From the IMG/VR virus record IMGVR_UViG_3300045120_000102, positions 1 through 55,693 of that record: DNA of 55,693 nucleotides; one strand, written 5' to 3'. Origin of the DNA: a virus. Its lineage: Duplodnaviria; Caudoviricetes. Shown piece by piece: positions 27,026 to 35,640 of this stretch. The number at the start of each line of letters is the position of its first letter. The first letter of the stretch is position 1. The position numbers and the translations under genes were made by a program. The notes below the pieces were generated by a model, which was not told the DNA's origin, made no database searches, and worked only from the letters and a program-made list of their open reading frames with translations.

Positions 27026-30000
27026 TTACAGGTGATCCAGCTTCGCAGAAGACACGCGGTCCTGCCACCGCTGCCACTCAGCCATTGCGCCCTCAGCGTC
27101 ACGAACCTGAATATTCGTGTTGAACACAGGGCCAGGCCGGCCACCGGTGCCGCCGTGCATGGCGCCGGACGGCATCGGAGGCGCACCACCCATCGCGCCC
27201 GCCGCCGAGAGCGGGGCTGCCCCACCGAACGACGAACCACCACCACCGATCGAGATGCCACCTATGAACTGCCCGATGCCTTGCAGCCAGCCCGGCGAAT
27301 CACCAACGCCGAACACGTCCAGCGCTGACCCGATCTGGCCGCCCGCGAACTCGCCGAGCGCCGACCCGATACCAGAGAAGTTAGTCAACGACGGAAACCC
27401 GAACCCAGAGCCAGAACCTTTTTCGGATTTAGTCGCCCGAGTGAACCGGCCCTTAGCCGCTTCCGCGGCAGCCTCAACAGCATCTGATGCGCCCTCGCGG
27501 GCGTCAGCAGCGGAGCGCTCCGCCTGCGCAACGTCCCGAGCCGCCTGTGCTCGGGTTTTAGCGGTCCCGTAGATATCTTCTTCTGCTTCAGCCTGTTTGG
27601 CTTTCGCAGCAGCGATCCGCTCGTCGGCGTCGGCGATGGCCTGCTGGGCGTCTTCGGCGCGGCGCTGCGCGTTCCGCACCTCCTTGGGGTCAACCCGGTA
27701 GTAGCCTGGTTCGCCGTATTCGTCGTAACCGGGGGTTCCGATTCCCGGCTTGAAGTCCGCGCCGAACGCGTTCACCAGGCCGCCTGTCGTGTTGGCGCCC
27801 AAGCTCAGTGACTGCGACGGATACGTCGGCATGTCCGCCAAGCCGGGGAGCTGGCTGCCCGCCTTCCATGCGAACGTTTTTCCACCGGCCCATGCATTCG
27901 GTCCCTGCTTGGCGAGAATCTTCTCAGCGACCGCGATCTGCTGCTCTTTGCTGGCCTGCCAGGGGGACGGCGCGTACCGCTGGCCGCCGAAGTCGTTCCA
28001 CGTTCCCTGACGGATTTGCAGCCCGCCTGTGCTGTCACGATCACCTGAGGGTAGGTTCCAGCGGCCTGTGCCGGCCTGGCCGGGTGTCCCCGACTCGTTG
28101 GCGGCGATAGCGTCCCAATCAGGTACCTTGCCGCCCGCGGTAGCGGTGTCGGCCAGCGCGGATAGACTACCCGATGGGCTCGTCCTGCCGACCTCGGACA
28201 GCGCCGCCAGGTGGATATGGTCCCCGTGCTGCTTCATCGTGGATTCGCCGTAGATTCTTCGCGCGGCGGCGCCTTCGGCCCGCTCACCGTGCATGTTGTA
28301 CCAAACGTAATTCGGGTCGTCGTAGATGATCATCGACAACTTGTCGCGGTTGGCCCACGCCCACGCAAGGTTTTCCCTCGACGGGTCCACGTCGATGGCT
28401 TTGCCTTTGGGGTGCTCGCCGCTGTCCTGGCTGTGGTCGGTCATTCCGCTGATGAGCTTCGCGCCGGGGTTGGTGCCGCGCAGCGATGTCAGGATCGACG
28501 TGTTGATTGAGGCACCACCGAGGCGTGACGCCTCTTCAGCGGTGACCGTGCCGAGCGCGCCGAGCGCGCCGCCCGGTTGAGCAGCAGCGGGCGAACCGAA
28601 CCATCCGGCGCTACCGGCTGGCATGTCCGCGATCTTGTCGCGCAACGCATCAAGCTTCCCGCCGGTCGTATCGGCTTTGGTCCCAAGCCGCGCCACATCA
28701 TCACCCAACCCGGCTGTGCCCTTACCGGCGTCCTTCGTCCCATGACCGATCGCCTTCAGTTTGTCGATGAACCCGCCGCCCTTTTCGGACAGCTTCCGCA
28801 GCTCCTCCCCAGAGGCGTATAGGTCTTCACCCCAGCCGAACGCCGCGTCCGCGTCCTTATCGAGCTGATCAGCGATTTCGCCGTGCCCGAGCAGTCGTTG
28901 CGCCGCCGCGTGCGCCCGGGTGATGGTCCCGTACACATTGCCGACGCCGCCGATCAGGCGTGAAAACGCCTGCAAAGTCAGGCCGACATCATCCAAGACA
29001 CTGAGGGACGCCGAGGTGACAGAGGTCGCGACCGCCCCGAACGCCGCGGTGATCTGGTCCTTATGCGCGACCACACTGTCGGCCAGCTGCTTGAGGCCCG
29101 GCCCGAACGCCGCCGCCAGATCGTCCTGAATCTCGTCGACCGCCACACCAATGGTGCGTTTCGCGGACTCGAACGAGCCGACCACACTGGTGCCCATCGT
29201 GTCTGACGCGGCCTGCGCAGCACCCTCGACCGACCCGAAATCCGCTACCGCCTTCGACGGATCCCACTGCGCGAACGTACCGATGAAATCCCCGGCGGTG
29301 TCACCCAACAGGGCCATAGCCGCCTGATTGCGGCGCACCGGGTCTTCGATGCCGCGGATCGTGTCGAATACTTGATCGAACGCCTGAAACGCTGCGGGGC
29401 CGCCCTGCTTGAACTTGTCGAATGTCGCCTCGCCGTTGAGGCCGATGTTGTCGAGGACCGCGACTATTTTCGGGCCTTCTTCGCTGACCCGCCGGCCGAA
29501 CTCACGCAGCGCGTCCGCGCCGCGATCAGTGTTGTCGACACCCATCTGAATTGACTGGTTGATCAACGCCAACGCCTGCTCAGCCGACAGGCCGGCGTTC
29601 TTCCAGCCCGACGAGTATTCGCCGAGCGAGTCCATCAGGTCGCCGCCGAGGTCGCCGCCGAGCTTCGTGTAGCCGGCGGCGATGATGTCGAAAGCCTCCG
29701 TGGCGGACGCCGCGAGGCCGCTGCGCAGCAGCACCGACGCCGCTTTCGTGGTGTTCGTCAGATCACCGTCGATCAGCTGGTTTAGCGACAGCAGTTGCTC
29801 GACGACCGGCCGCAATTCCGCTTCAGTCGCTGAGGGGTCGATCAGCCCTCCCTGCGCCGCCCTGCGGGCCGCGTCGAACGCCTCGTCACGGCTGGCCCCG
29901 AAGTTGTTCGCGAACGCAGCCGATGCGGCTGTTCCGAGCCGCGCCATAGCCGCTTCGTCTATACCGAGCTGCGCCTGGATTTTGTCGCGCAACGGTTCGC

Positions 30001-30634
30001 GTTCCAGCCCGGCCATGATTCCCTTGACCAGCAGGCCGCCGCCGACCGCACCCGCCGCCGTCAACGCCAACCCGATCGGACCACCAGCCGCACCGAGACG
30101 CGTCAGCGCCGTAGCACCACCGAACCCGGCAACGAAACTGCCCGCCGCATCAGAACCCGCCGACCGCACCTCCGAACCCAGCCCACGTAAACTGGACGTA
30201 ACCCCAGAACTGACCTTCCCACCCGACTCCGCCGCCGACTTAGCGGCCCGCTCATACTCCTTGAACGCATCCGACGCCGTTTTCGCAGCCCGCGTCTCCT
30301 CACGCAACGCTTTGTCCCGCGCCTCAATCGCCTGCTCGAACCGCTTCCCCGACGTCACACCCTTGTCGATGACATCCTGCAAACCGGCCTGAGCGACCTT
30401 CAGCTTCCCTGTCGAGTCGGCTGCTTTGTCGGCCAGCTTCGCGTGCGCGTCGAACGCCCTTTTAACGTCCGCCTCAGACGCCTTTATGCCTTCGGCGATC
30501 CCCTTGCCGAGTTTCGCGCCAGCGCGTTTCCCGGGACCGCTGAGCGCCCCGTCGAGCTGCTTATCAACCGCCTCCGACACCCCTCGGAGGCTAGGAATCA
30601 GCTGCAAGGTGGCGTACCCGATGGGCGTCGTCAT
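27026..30634 (-). CDS. Tape measure protein with Rpf-like and peptidase-like motifs
   Basis: 1202 aa, Ala/Gly-rich helical; WDAIAANES...GGLQ...TW; H..G.AID...HGDHIH. Confidence 0.95.
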   Translation of the reverse strand: MTTPIGYATLQLIPSLRGVSEAVDKQLDGALSGPGKRAGAKLGKGIAEGIKASEADVKRAFDAHAKLADKAADSTGKLKVAQAGLQDVIDKGVTSGKRFEQAIEARDKALREETRAAKTASDAFKEYERAAKSAAESGGKVSSGVTSSLRGLGSEVRSAGSDAAGSFVAGFGGATALTRLGAAGGPIGLALTAAGAVGGGLLVKGIMAGLEREPLRDKIQAQLGIDEAAMARLGTAASAAFANNFGASRDEAFDAARRAAQGGLIDPSATEAELRPVVEQLLSLNQLIDGDLTNTTKAASVLLRSGLAASATEAFDIIAAGYTKLGGDLGGDLMDSLGEYSSGWKNAGLSAEQALALINQSIQMGVDNTDRGADALREFGRRVSEEGPKIVAVLDNIGLNGEATFDKFKQGGPAAFQAFDQVFDTIRGIEDPVRRNQAAMALLGDTAGDFIGTFAQWDPSKAVADFGSVEGAAQAASDTMGTSVVGSFESAKRTIGVAVDEIQDDLAAAFGPGLKQLADSVVAHKDQITAAFGAVATSVTSASLSVLDDVGLTLQAFSRLIGGVGNVYGTITRAHAAAQRLLGHGEIADQLDKDADAAFGWGEDLYASGEELRKLSEKGGGFIDKLKAIGHGTKDAGKGTAGLGDDVARLGTKADTTGGKLDALRDKIADMPAGSAGWFGSPAAAQPGGALGALGTVTAEEASRLGGASINTSILTSLRGTNPGAKLISGMTDHSQDSGEHPKGKAIDVDPSRENLAWAWANRDKLSMIIYDDPNYVWYNMHGERAEGAAARRIYGESTMKQHGDHIHLAALSEVGRTSPSGSLSALADTATAGGKVPDWDAIAANESGTPGQAGTGRWNLPSGDRDSTGGLQIRQGTWNDFGGQRYAPSPWQASKEQQIAVAEKILAKQGPNAWAGGKTFAWKAGSQLPGLADMPTYPSQSLSLGANTTGGLVNAFGADFKPGIGTPGYDEYGEPGYYRVDPKEVRNAQRRAEDAQQAIADADERIAAAKAKQAEAEEDIYGTAKTRAQAARDVAQAERSAADAREGASDAVEAAAEAAKGRFTRATKSEKGSGSGFGFPSLTNFSGIGSALGEFAGGQIGSALDVFGVGDSPGWLQGIGQFIGGISIGGGGSSFGGAAPLSAAGAMGGAPPMPSGAMHGGTGGRPGPVFNTNIQVRDAEGAMAEWQRWQDRVSSAKLDHL

Positions 30635-31316
30635 TCCGTCACCCCCATCCCGTATCGGCGTTTACGTTTCTCATACACAGCCCGCAACTCAACGACTTTC
30701 GCCAACTGGGCTTCTGCGCGTGCCTTCGCGACCATCTCAGCCCGCTGCGGGTGATCCTTCTTAGCCCACAACGCCCACAGATCGGCTATCAGGTGATCGG
30801 TCCGCGTCCACGGCCGCTGCCCGCCGTTGAGTGCCCGCGGCAGCGCCCCCTCCGAAGGCAGTTGCCGCACAAGAACACCCAGACGCCGCGCCGACAGGGA
30901 GCCGCGATAGTAATCCAGCAAATCAACCTGATAGAACCGGAGCAGATCAGCCTCTATCTCATCGCCGTACTCTTCGAGCAGACGGCAGAGGCCTCCTAGT
31001 TTCCCAGTGCCTCACGAAGTTTGGTGCCCAACTCGTCAAGCTGGCCCATCGTCATTCCGGCGTCACTGAGCTGCTGCCACTGCTCCACGCCGATCATCTG
31101 TTTGGTGCCCTCGTAGTTGTCGCCCGCCCGGAACGCGTCCGTGGCGGCTACAGGTATTCTCCCGCGCACCGGGATGCGCAGTTCCACGCCGCACTGCTCG
31201 ACGGTCACATATCCGTCGCCGTCGGCTTCCGCTTCGCGCGCCTGCACGGACGTCTTCCCCTTCTTGGCTTTACGTGGCGGCGGCGCGGGAAGGTGCGACA
31301 CGTTCGCGGCGGTCAC
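30631..31316 (-). CDS. Tail assembly chaperone, long form via -1 frameshift
   Basis: GGGAAAC slippery site at 31005-30999 before TAG; the -1 frame reads KLGGLCRLLEEYGDEIEADL into ORF 30631-30921. Confidence 0.85.
30996..31316 (-). CDS. Tail assembly chaperone, short form
   Basis: Between major tail and tape measure; ends ...LGN. Confidence 0.88.
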   Translation of the reverse strand: MTAANVSHLPAPPPRKAKKGKTSVQAREAEADGDGYVTVEQCGVELRIPVRGRIPVAATDAFRAGDNYEGTKQMIGVEQWQQLSDAGMTMGQLDELGTKLREALGN

Positions 31317-32119
31317 GCGACGGTCACCGTGCCGCCCGTACCGGTCGCGATGACCGTCGTCACGGGCCCGGTGAACGTCGCCACCAGCGGGCCACCAGTC
31401 GGACCCACCACCGTGACACCAGGCGCGGGCAGCGCAATAACGGGTGCGATCAACCTCAGAGCGGACTCCAAAGCCAGCGCCGTCTTCGTCGCGATCGACG
31501 CAGTCGGGACACCGTTGACGGTCGACGTGTACGTGGTGACAGCAGGCGCGATCGTGTACGTCTTCACCACATCATCGAGGGTGGCGTCGATGACGTGGAA
31601 CGCGTCACCGGCCGCGGAACCTGTGTGCAACACCTTCACCGTCCGCGACCACGGCTCACCTTCCTTGATGCCCGTCGATGCTGTGATCTGCGCCGCGCCG
31701 GGACGCTCCGACACCCACACGGTGGTGCGGTCCTCGTCAACGAACCGGTACAGCACATAAATTTGCACATCCCTGGGGATGCCGATCTTGTTGTTCGCTG
31801 AACCGGGCAGCGCGATGGCGCGGGTTGCCGCATTGTTCTCCAGCATCGTGAACCCCGTGTCGAGTTTGCCTTTCCGTAGCTTCACCCGATACCTGGGATG
31901 CCCGAACGCATCGTATTCGCGGACCTCGATCGACGGGTCCAACGGAATGCCGGCGTCAGCGTCGACCAGCCCGACGAACTTCCAGCCCAGAGCCTGCGGG
32001 TCAGCGGTTGGGGTCGCCGGATACCACGCAGATATGTCGACGACGTCCGCCTTTAGCGCGTACCACGCCTCAGCCTGATCGGGGATAACAGTGAGATCGG
32101 CATTAACGGTTGCAACCAT
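31313..32119 (-). CDS. Major tail protein with C-terminal accessory domain
   Basis: GWKFVGLVD...GFTMLENN; position. Confidence 0.85.
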   Translation of the reverse strand: MVATVNADLTVIPDQAEAWYALKADVVDISAWYPATPTADPQALGWKFVGLVDADAGIPLDPSIEVREYDAFGHPRYRVKLRKGKLDTGFTMLENNAATRAIALPGSANNKIGIPRDVQIYVLYRFVDEDRTTVWVSERPGAAQITASTGIKEGEPWSRTVKVLHTGSAAGDAFHVIDATLDDVVKTYTIAPAVTTYTSTVNGVPTASIATKTALALESALRLIAPVIALPAPGVTVVGPTGGPLVATFTGPVTTVIATGTGGTVTVA

Positions 32120-32193
32120 GCGAGGTTCCCTCCTTAAAGGGCATTTCCGAGATTAAAGGGACGACCTTCGCCCTGAATTGGGTGAGGCCAGAT

Positions 32194-32589
32194 TTATTGC
32201 GGTACAGCGGTGCGGACACGGGTCAAAACAGTGAACGACGCAAGGTCGCCGCCCGTCGCCTCATCGCGGCCCTCAAGAATCCCAGTACCCGGCAGTACCG
32301 CGGCGACACCAGGAATTCGGGCCTCATGCACCCGCCCGAACAACGCCTGAATGTAGGTGCGGTTACGGCCGGACGTGTACGTGGTGAAACGGATCGTCGG
32401 TGATGTTGCTGCCGGCCACACCGCCAGCGGATCGCCGTCGTCCTCGACGAGGAGCACAGGACCGGACCCGGTAGTCCAGTCGGACGGCAACCAGAGACGC
32501 ACAGACAACTCCGGGAACCGGGCGGCTAGATCGGTTTTCGCCCAGTCTTTCACCAGCCGCGCCACGTCGACCGGTTCACGGCTGGTCAC
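32194..32589 (-). CDS. Tail terminator
   Basis: VLLVEDDG motif; synteny. Confidence 0.75.
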   Translation of the reverse strand: MTSREPVDVARLVKDWAKTDLAARFPELSVRLWLPSDWTTGSGPVLLVEDDGDPLAVWPAATSPTIRFTTYTSGRNRTYIQALFGRVHEARIPGVAAVLPGTGILEGRDEATGGDLASFTVLTRVRTAVPQ

Positions 32590-32831
32590 CGTTTCGGCCG
32601 CACTTCCAAACCTGCCGCGGACGCTGCCCGGGTCAGCACCCCATGTTTGGCCTGCAACCCGGCTGGGACGGACACCGACGCCGCGGCACGATCCGTCGTG
32701 TATGTGCGCAAGACCGCAGCCTCACCGGCTTGCTCGGCTACTTTCCTGCCGAGGTCGTCGATTACGTCTCGGGCAAGCACCTTGAGGACTTCCTCAGCGC
32801 CCGCATGATTCACCTTGAAATTGCCTGTCAT
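32586..32831 (-). CDS. Neck/tail completion protein
   Basis: TTDRAAASV...QAKHGVLTRAA. Confidence 0.75.
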   Translation of the reverse strand: MTGNFKVNHAGAEEVLKVLARDVIDDLGRKVAEQAGEAAVLRTYTTDRAAASVSVPAGLQAKHGVLTRAASAAGLEVRPKR

Positions 32832-33139
32832 CCTTGGCTCCTCATGCACACCACTTCCAGGACGCCGAAGTCGCCTCGATGCCAGTCGTTGACGACGATC
32901 CGGTACCGGTGCCCGCGCACGGTCAGCTCATCTGAGTTGATGATGTCGGCGCTGAGCGGGAAATAAACCGTACAGGCGATGTTCTCGCTGTCACGGCCGC
33001 GCGCCAATTGTTCTGTTCCGGCGCCCGGTGCGATCAGGATCGCCAACACAGTGGTGTCGGTGGCGGTGATCAGCGCACCGTCCTCATCGCGGCCGCCGCC
33101 CCGATGTCGGGTCACCGGCTCAACAGGCTCGAAGATCAC
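32828..33139 (-). CDS. Head-to-tail stopper
   Basis: TVYFP..ADI..DELTVRGHRY; GTGA overlap. Confidence 0.78.
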   Translation of the reverse strand: MIFEPVEPVTRHRGGGRDEDGALITATDTTVLAILIAPGAGTEQLARGRDSENIACTVYFPLSADIINSDELTVRGHRYRIVVNDWHRGDFGVLEVVCMRSQG

Positions 33140-33603
33140 GTCTGCTGCTCGTAGAGCGGATACCCGGCCAGGACGGCTCCGCACGAACAGTACGATCCAC
33201 CGAAGTACAGGGCGCAGATCGGTGAGTGATCGACGCGGCACGACACGGTGTCAACGGAGTACGCCTTACCCTCTGAACCGTTCTTGCAGATGTCCTGCAG
33301 TTGAGTGATTTCGCTAGGCCACAGGTTGAACCCGCCACGTTGACGGGTGTCAAGAGTGACCCCGAGCGGGCCCAGGGTTTGCGACTGCAAAGCTCCCGCC
33401 CCGGCCTGCGCCCAGCGGGTCACAGAGCCGATCAGGATCAGCCGCGCCTCAGCTAACTGATCTTCGGTGGGAGCCGGATCGGTCGACGCCAGGCAGGGCG
33501 CAACCCGCGACGCGCGAGCATTCGCGCCGTCAACCCACGTGTCCGACATCGCATTCGACGCGACATCGGCAGGCAGGTCGGAGGAGCTGATGATCTCAGC
33601 CAC
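33136..33603 (-). CDS. Head-to-tail adaptor
   Basis: VAPCL...QTLGP...LWPSEI..LQDIC; Cys-rich tail. Confidence 0.8.
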   Translation of the reverse strand: MAEIISSSDLPADVASNAMSDTWVDGANARASRVAPCLASTDPAPTEDQLAEARLILIGSVTRWAQAGAGALQSQTLGPLGVTLDTRQRGGFNLWPSEITQLQDICKNGSEGKAYSVDTVSCRVDHSPICALYFGGSYCSCGAVLAGYPLYEQQT

Positions 33604-33618
33604 GGGTCACACCACCAT

Positions 33619-33795
33619 CTAGTCGTTGACCGGTTGGGCTGCCCGACCCTTGGCCGGAGTGGGCTTGTCCTCGGGCGTTTCCGCCGGGAGTCGGTAGCCG
33701 GCTGCGAGACGCTCCACCTTCTTCGATTCCGCTACCGACACCCTCTGACCGTTGGGTGCGACCAGGGTGACAGTCTCAACCTTCTTCTCGACCAT
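33619..33795 (-). CDS. Small post-capsid protein (58 aa)
   Basis: MVEKKVETVTLVAPNGQRVSV...LAAGYR; strong RBS. Confidence 0.7.
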   Translation of the reverse strand: MVEKKVETVTLVAPNGQRVSVAESKKVERLAAGYRLPAETPEDKPTPAKGRAAQPVND

Positions 33796-33829
33796 GTTCT
33801 TTCCCCTTTCCCGGGTTTAGACGTTGGCT

Positions 33830-34765
33830 TTACGGCGTCGCGTCGATGACCTTGGCGAACGCATCCAGCGCCATGATTCCGATGCCGTACACAACCTCGG
33901 AGCGGATCGCGATCTGGTTCTGCCGCTTCAAATCGCCAAGCCCGTCGGGGTCGCCGTACTCGATCAGCTCCAACGGAATGTTCACTTGCACGCCCCACCG
34001 GAACGCGCTGAAGTCGCCGACGACGGCCTTCACGTTCGGGTTCGTCGACACGTAAGCCCCAGTCGCTGGTGTTACCGCCTCAGGTCCGCCGCGGACAGTG
34101 TCTGACACCGCCGCATTCAGGCCGGCGAACGTGGACGTGTTCGTTCCGAAACCGAGTTCCGGGTACAGCTTCTGATCGGTGGTCACACCGCGCTGCGTGG
34201 CCAACTTGAAGCTGAAGGAGTTATCGAGCGCGATCCCGTCCGGCGCGATGCTGTCGTCGAGCACCAACTGGACGGCAGCCTCAATAGCCTGGTCGGGCTT
34301 GAGGATCGTGGTGGGCGTCAGCTCGACCACGTTCGTTGTGTCAAGGATCTTCGCCGGCGAACCCGCAATCAGGGTGCCGGTCCGCGGATTGATGCCGTGG
34401 ATCGCGATCAGGTCGAGCGCACGCCCGAGAGCGACACCAGACAAGTCCCGCATCGTCTGCAGGACGCCGAGCTGACGCGACTCATCAGCCCACATAACTT
34501 CCTGGTTGAACCGTTGCGTGACATGCACCTTCCGGGGGATCGCGGTCACCGGGGCGAACACCGCAGTGCTTTCTGCTTTCTGCGCGCCTTCACCCACAAC
34601 CTCACCGCGAGGTGGAGACGTCAACGTCATGTACTGCTGGTCCCCGAACTCCTGCGGCTCAGCCGAAGACAATTTGGCAAGTACAGACTGGCCTTGCGCC
34701 CTCTGCCACACACCGGAAACCATGTGCTTGGGCAGCGAAAAGGTTCCGGTTGCAAGTGCGACCAT
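33830..34765 (-). CDS. Major capsid protein (HK97 fold)
   Basis: VGEGAQK, VVGDFS, DLKRQNQIAIRSE. Confidence 0.93.
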   Translation of the reverse strand: MVALATGTFSLPKHMVSGVWQRAQGQSVLAKLSSAEPQEFGDQQYMTLTSPPRGEVVGEGAQKAESTAVFAPVTAIPRKVHVTQRFNQEVMWADESRQLGVLQTMRDLSGVALGRALDLIAIHGINPRTGTLIAGSPAKILDTTNVVELTPTTILKPDQAIEAAVQLVLDDSIAPDGIALDNSFSFKLATQRGVTTDQKLYPELGFGTNTSTFAGLNAAVSDTVRGGPEAVTPATGAYVSTNPNVKAVVGDFSAFRWGVQVNIPLELIEYGDPDGLGDLKRQNQIAIRSEVVYGIGIMALDAFAKVIDATP

Positions 34766-34784
34766 TTCTTGTTCCTTTCGTGTT

Positions 34785-35336
34785 TTAGGAGCCGCCGCCG
34801 AAGAATCCCCTAGCGAAAGCTAGGTCGTCCTCGTTGGTGGTGGTTCCGGTCTGTGTCGACGTGCCCTCTTTGGGCACGTTCGGGTGTTTCTTCTTGCGCT
34901 CGGTCTCGGCGTTCGCCATTTCGGCCGTGCGGTCTGCGAGTCGCTTCGCCTGGGCGGTTAGCGTCTCTTCGTCGGTTCCAGTGAGGAACAGGTCAGCGTC
35001 TTCCAATGAGATGCCGTGCGTGACAGCGATGCGTAGACGCAGGGATTCCGCTTTCGCGGTGTCCCGGTCCTTCTCGGCGGTGGTGATACGACCGTTAGCC
35101 TTCTCAAGTTCGGAGAGGTTGGCCTGCTCGATCTGGTCGAGCTTGGCGGCCTTAGACTTGAGGTCGTTGTAGTCCTTGAACTTTGCGCGTTCCCGGTCTA
35201 AACGATCTTTCAGCGCCGCGTTCAGCTCTTGCTGCGAGTTGATTGGTTTGAACTCGTCAGCGGCGGGCGTCTCTCCGCTGGCGTTTCCGCCCTGGCCTTC
35301 TGCCGTGTTGGTCGTTTCGGGTGCTGCATCTGACAT
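34785..35336 (-). CDS. Scaffolding protein
   Basis: SQQEL..RL.RE.AKF.DY.DLK...SELEK; AGGAGG RBS. Confidence 0.88.
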   Translation of the reverse strand: MSDAAPETTNTAEGQGGNASGETPAADEFKPINSQQELNAALKDRLDRERAKFKDYNDLKSKAAKLDQIEQANLSELEKANGRITTAEKDRDTAKAESLRLRIAVTHGISLEDADLFLTGTDEETLTAQAKRLADRTAEMANAETERKKKHPNVPKEGTSTQTGTTTNEDDLAFARGFFGGGS

Positions 35337-35439
35337 TGGTTGTTCCTCCTGGTGGACCGCCCGTTAACCGCCGGACGTAGGCGTACACCCGTCAAATTTG
35401 AGTGACGGGAAGAATTGGTGGGGGTTAAATCAGCCGAAT

Positions 35440-35640
35440 CTAGTTTGGCTTTTGCGCCCGCGCGTTCATATAAGCCTGCCGGTGCGGCGACGTGTACCAC
35501 CGCTGCAACAGCATCGACTCGTAGCCTTCCATCCACATCTGCGCCAACGCCAACGACCTACCCGCATAAGGATTCGAGGCACCAACCTCCGCCGCGCGGC
35601 CCTCAGCCAGCGCACGTACCGCGTCATCCTTCATGGTCAC
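35440..35640 (-). CDS. Small Rmf-like protein
   Basis: EGRAA...NPY...W.EGY; GTGA overlap with MuF stop. Confidence 0.65.
   Translation of the reverse strand: MTMKDDAVRALAEGRAAEVGASNPYAGRSLALAQMWMEGYESMLLQRWYTSPHRQAYMNARAQKPN

Noticed and set aside
30999-31005. Programmed -1 frameshift as a novelty
   Set aside because: Real, but canonical for tail assembly chaperones
32120-32193. TTAAAGGG duplicated upstream of the major tail gene
   Set aside because: Only two short copies, one adjoining the RBS; no function can be supported
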